Assembly: GCA_964036045.1 (NCBI GenBank)
Contig: OZ038379.1
Span: 2,790,001 to 2,854,000, forward strand
Origin: Eutreptiella sp. 'Long Island Sound 2002'
Lineage: Eukaryota; Protista; Euglenida
Length of the DNA stretch: 64,000 nt
Reading direction: 5' to 3'
The position numbers were made by a program, and so were the translations under genes. Shown here piece by piece: positions 59,301-64,000 of this stretch; the stretch's first letter is position 1; each line of letters opens with the position of its first letter. The notes beneath the pieces were generated by a model. That model was not told where the DNA came from. It saw nothing but the letters and a program-made list of their open reading frames with translations, and ran no database searches.

Positions 59301-62300
59301 TACTGGCTGGAGAAACCCCTGCCCCAACTGTACATTCATACCTGTTGTACATTCCTTTGCGTTGTTGACGCGTCTGTTGGCACCTCCTTGTACTTTGTAC
59401 CTGGACAAGTCGAATCACATGTGGACCATGAAGATACTTCTGCAATGCCCTCCAGTTTCTTATGCACTTTTGTGCAGGCTACTGGGTGCTCAGATGGCCC
59501 AACTCTTGAGGGGTAGGTGATACACAGGCGTGGCACTGCATAAATTCCCACTGCATAAATTGGTATCCAAGTCAGCTCATCCTCACTACTTGTCAGATCT
59601 GCTACCACAGTCATTTGTGGGATTATCGTCAGTGAGCGGGCTATGCCAGCTCATCTTGGTCTGTCCCCCACAAAACAATTGACACAGATGATAAATGGGG
59701 AGGTCAGGGTTCTAAACGCACCACCGCCATTTCTTCGCATCCATTTCGTTGCTGCCGCCAATTACACACTCATTTCGGAGTCTCCTGTGGGCAGACTATA
59801 GACTGGAACAAAACCAAACGTGCACATTCATGGCGGTCGTTGCAGAAGCACGTGGATACCAGGGCAGTGCCACAAAATGCGCCATTTGACCAGGAAGTGG
59901 GGATGAGGTGATGAGGGGGGATTCACCTCCTGGTCAAAAGGCGTTCTACTTGCTGTTCAAATAAACATTGCTGGTCGTTGCGCAACTGGGGGTCACAATT
60001 TCGCCTCTGTGGAAGATGAGGGAAAATTCCCCTGCGAAACATAGGGACTTAGGGTGCTGCACTACTGGTACATGTGAAGATTTGTCTGGCTATAACGGCG
60101 GGTGAAGATTTCGTTTTCATGTTTGAGTCCCCAAAAAATTGCGAGAGGGGCAGGGGTTGGAGCACCTTCATCATTTCGTCAATGATGGCCAAGTGCCATC
60201 CCCGAGGTTTCAAATTAGTCACTGGGGAGAAGAAGAGACCACCGAACCAGAACCTACCATCGAAACCCGAACCTTGCGAGGCATTCCATCCATCAAATTT
60301 CGTTGTGAACCAAGGAGAGACTTGTGAAAGGGAGTGCACCGTGCACTGTAAGAAAACGTATACGCCATTCTCTCTTTGTTCCTTGGAGAAGTCGTAGTTG
60401 AATGGTTCGTGTAGGCAGAATTGAAAGATGGGGATTGCCATGTTGGACGAAGGCCACAAAGCAAACGTCACAAGGGGGTGTGCCATGCGTTCATAGCCCG
60501 TGTATCCATGCTATGTGATAACTGTTGAGCCTGTGCCCGTTAGGTTTTGTATTGTGTTCACATGCTTCCTTCTCCACACGGATCCTCAGTTCCCAGGACA
60601 ATCTAATTTTCGGGGGTGCTCGCCACCACTGATTTAGGAAATACAACACAGGCCCAGGGTGTTCTAGAGCACCAAATGTGACATATCAGTGTTGCGCAGC
60701 ATTGCAAGGCATTTGGCCAGATCGGAAAAAGTAAGGGTGGTTTGGCCCTGTAGTTCGTGGGTAGGGCCGCCCGTCCCTTTGTGTGGGCCGTGGAACCCCC
60801 AAGAGTCTGAACTCAATGTTAAAATGTGTCATTTTGTTCAAACCTTACACTTGTTTCTGCTTTTTTGAATGGCCCATGCAGTTCTGATCATTTTGAGGAA
60901 GGGGTGAACGAGAACATTCACTTGCAAATGCCACCAAAACTTCAGGCACCTGCGGCACCAGGATTTGGACAACCATGGTCAGGTATGGTAATTGGAGGCC
61001 CCCAGGAAGTGGGGGGCTTGGTATCTGAACACTAGGGCGTTCCTGCCATCATCATGAAATAAGCAAAATGGAGCTAGGGGAGGGTTCGGAATGAGCAGAT
61101 GAGGTGCACCATGAGGGCCAGCTGCGAGAATGCTTCCCCACTCACGTCTGCCGCGGCGTGGTGGTACCCATCAGTTGCATCGCACCACTTAACGTGTGTT
61201 AGGATTTGGCAGCAGTCCAGGCGCACTGATCGAAAGCATGGAAAAATCAAAAGAGCCAGTGGAAATCTGCAAGATAGTGGCCGTGTATTTTTTTTGGGGA
61301 GAGGGAGTAAATTGGAAAGGTAGGTGGGGTGGGTTGTGGGCTGGTTTGGATTTTTTTTGGGTGGGCACCATATGCATGCTTGAATAAGGTGAATTAGTCT
61401 GCAAGAGTAACCAACATTTTCAAAAGATTACCCAATTGTATCACGGACCTAAGGGTTTGTCCAAGGACATGTATACGCGGAGATCAAGGATTATTACAAC
61501 ATCAATGAAACGAAGTCAAATCTTACGGATCTCTTTATTTGTAAAGGTTGAATTGTGTCGGAAGATGACATCGTTCGCACACAATAGTCCACTATAAAAA
61601 GTACATGACATTTTCTTTCAATCACAAGCGGATATATATAGCAATTGCAATTGAGGCAAGACCACGCAACTGAAACACATCAAGTAGGTCAAGCAAACTT
61701 GGCAATGTTTGGCAGATCCTTAAGCAACAAGATTACTAGATGCTTGGCACAACTGAGAAATCACATTGAAAATCATAAATGGAGCTGTGCATCCACAAAT
61801 TTTACTCGCACTACATGTTTGCAGTGCGGCGGTGATGCGAAATAAGAGTCCAGCGGCGTCGCCGTATAAATGCAGTGTGTGCGCACACAAAAAAGAAGTA
61901 GCAAAACAAATTGAAAATAATTAGAGCGCCAAGTTTTCTTCTTTCTTTGGAGGCTTATGCCCTAATACTTCTGAACACAAATGGTAAATGTACCAGGTCT
62001 AATGCGAGCACGCATGTTGTGGGAGCACAGACCCCCAGTGATTTGAGTGATTGATTTTTGATTTTGAAAGTGCTAAGAGTTTTCCGGAAATTTTTACAGA
62101 TGAAAATCAAATTGTGAATAGGTTTGGGGTCACAAGAGTATAGCACTTTGTGTGTACTGCAGACTCGTGTTGAAATGATGTTTTGAAGCATTCATCTTCA
62201 TGTACTATGACATTTGGTAATCAAGAATGAAGGGGTCGAGTTACATACGGGATCAAGAAGAAATTCAATCCAAAAGAAGATTAGAGGTTTTGAAGGATTT

Positions 62301-64000
62301 TAGCGCAGAAAAGTTTTGTGAGAACCGCCCCCGCCAACCTCGTTTTTGTAAATTGCCCAATTATTAAGCCGAGAACAACAACAGATAGTAGCAGTAAACA
62401 TTGCCATAGAAATTGAAATTGCCGTAGAGTTTTATTGAACATTCTTTGGACATTCAAAATCACTTCGCAAGTAGAACACAATTGTACAATCTCCAGGTTT
62501 TCGGTGTAGGGAGAACAGAGGGAGGGGGGGGTGGGGGCAGTGGCACTTACACAACCTTGTGCAGCCTTGTGTGGGCATTGTTCTAGAATACATGCGGACA
62601 AAATATGATGGACAAAGCACAATAAATAATTCTTCGACAACAATATCCTGGACCCTGAGAAACAAACTACAAATCATTTGTAGATGCAAACTCCGCACTA
62701 TCTTATTTCATTCACCATGCGCCAAAGTTTGAACAACTACCTTGGTACCTTTTTTTTGTTCCGCGCGAGCATATGAAAGAAGCCATCCCATACAAAGAGG
62801 CAACAACTTAGAAAGATTTGATTTGTGGAGAGAAAATAATGTAGTATGAGTGCTTGTGCATTATAAGAGGAAGCCGAAAGACACCGTTGCAGAAAGTCAC
62901 TTTTGTCGTGAGTAAAGTTGTGGCCCTCCCAAGACAATATCTTCGAAAGTGGATATGGCGGCGATTGACTTTGGAGTACACAAATAAGGCAAAAACACCC
63001 AGTAGAGGTAGAAAATCAAGCAAAATCAATATGTTGAAGAGACAAACAAGACGTAGGGTTTTCTACTTTGAGGGCAAAAATCTGGTTTGGAGAGGACCTT
63101 TTGACTTTAGAGAACATCTACTTTGCAAGAAACTTTGTAATGGTGTGACTCTAAGCCACTAAAAACCAAGAAATTACTCCCAAAATCTTCAAAATAGAGC
63201 AACCTCTATGGTGCATAACAAAAAAAAGAAGAGGAAGTGTGACTTAGAACACCCAAAAACCTACATGAAATCAGATGGTGTACCGTTTACCAACACTGTC
63301 TTTCGGCTCCGCTCTGTATAGCACTTGTGGTGAAATATGCAAAAGTGCCTAGCTTTCGGTGTTCACGGCCTATGGGTTGTTGGATACTTCGTCGTCAAAT
63401 GACTACTGATGATCTTGAAAAGTACGAGGAATGTTCAACTCCAACGCAACCTTTTGTTTACCTCTCAATTCTAATTTCTAATTAATCAAAAGCGGTCCGT
63501 CCAATAACTAGTAAGTGGCCCATTAATCGGTCTATTCATCTCACAGGTTGCTTTTTTCAGAGCAAAAAGATAGTTGATCAACACATTTGACACAAAAATC
63601 TACCAGTAAATTCCTATTTTACTTAGTGCAAAAAATTTTCCTTGGGCACAATCCAAGGAAGCCTTTGCTGCATAAACTTGTGATGAATTTGAACCTGGCT
63701 ATGCTTGTAAACACCTGCTGCTTTTTCAGCGAACTTCGGCTTGCCAAAAACTCTTGTTCAGCCCATGGCTAGGCCGCGTTGGTGCATTATGTTGGCACAG
63801 GACAACCATGCAAAAACCAAACCTGCACTTAACGACAAAGTTGTATCTAAGGTTCAAAATTGCTTTCATGTAAAATAATCGATTATTACCAAGTATTTCT
63901 GAGAAAATAACCAATTGTTCCGATTATGGTGCATCAAAATGATCAGCTTTTTCCCATTATTGCTCTCTTTCCAGATAAACAATTGGTGGCAAAAAATTTT

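Larger units (their letters stand above)
51802..64000. repeat. Copy 2 of the segmental duplication (equals 1-12205)
   Basis: Colinear near-identity to the window end. Confidence 0.97.

Overview
Eukaryotic nuclear DNA, very probably from a euglenid: GT-AG introns are present and there is a euglenid spliced-leader-like sequence at 22687-22710. The window is repeat-rich. Positions 1-12205 recur almost identically at 51802-64000, a period of about 51.8 kb. The main structure is a previously unannotated ~28-kb DNA-transposon-like element at 25779-53800. It has perfect 28-bp terminal inverted repeats and a 5-bp target-site duplication (ACAAA). All copies I found of a 22-bp palindrome (TTTACGGC-N6-GCCGTAAA) lie inside it. 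The element carries a disrupted DDE-transposase-like gene (minus strand), a spliced 771-aa orphan gene, a C2H2 pseudogene, and an acidic-protein gene that was split by an insertion and half inverted. Nested in it are a complete DIRS1-type tyrosine-recombinase retrotransposon (26523-31506; ITRs, ICR, gag, RT-RH-MT, YR) and a ~13-kb 85-bp satellite with higher-order structure. The rest of the unit holds an F-box-like/LRR gene, a glycine-zipper-like gene, WD40 and 2OG-Fe(II)-oxygenase-like pseudogene pieces, MITE-like elements, and a PIF/Harbinger-like relic containing a 5'-truncated retro-insertion. No rRNA, tRNA or CRISPR array was seen. All comparisons were made by eye; family assignments come from recalled motifs, not from database searches.
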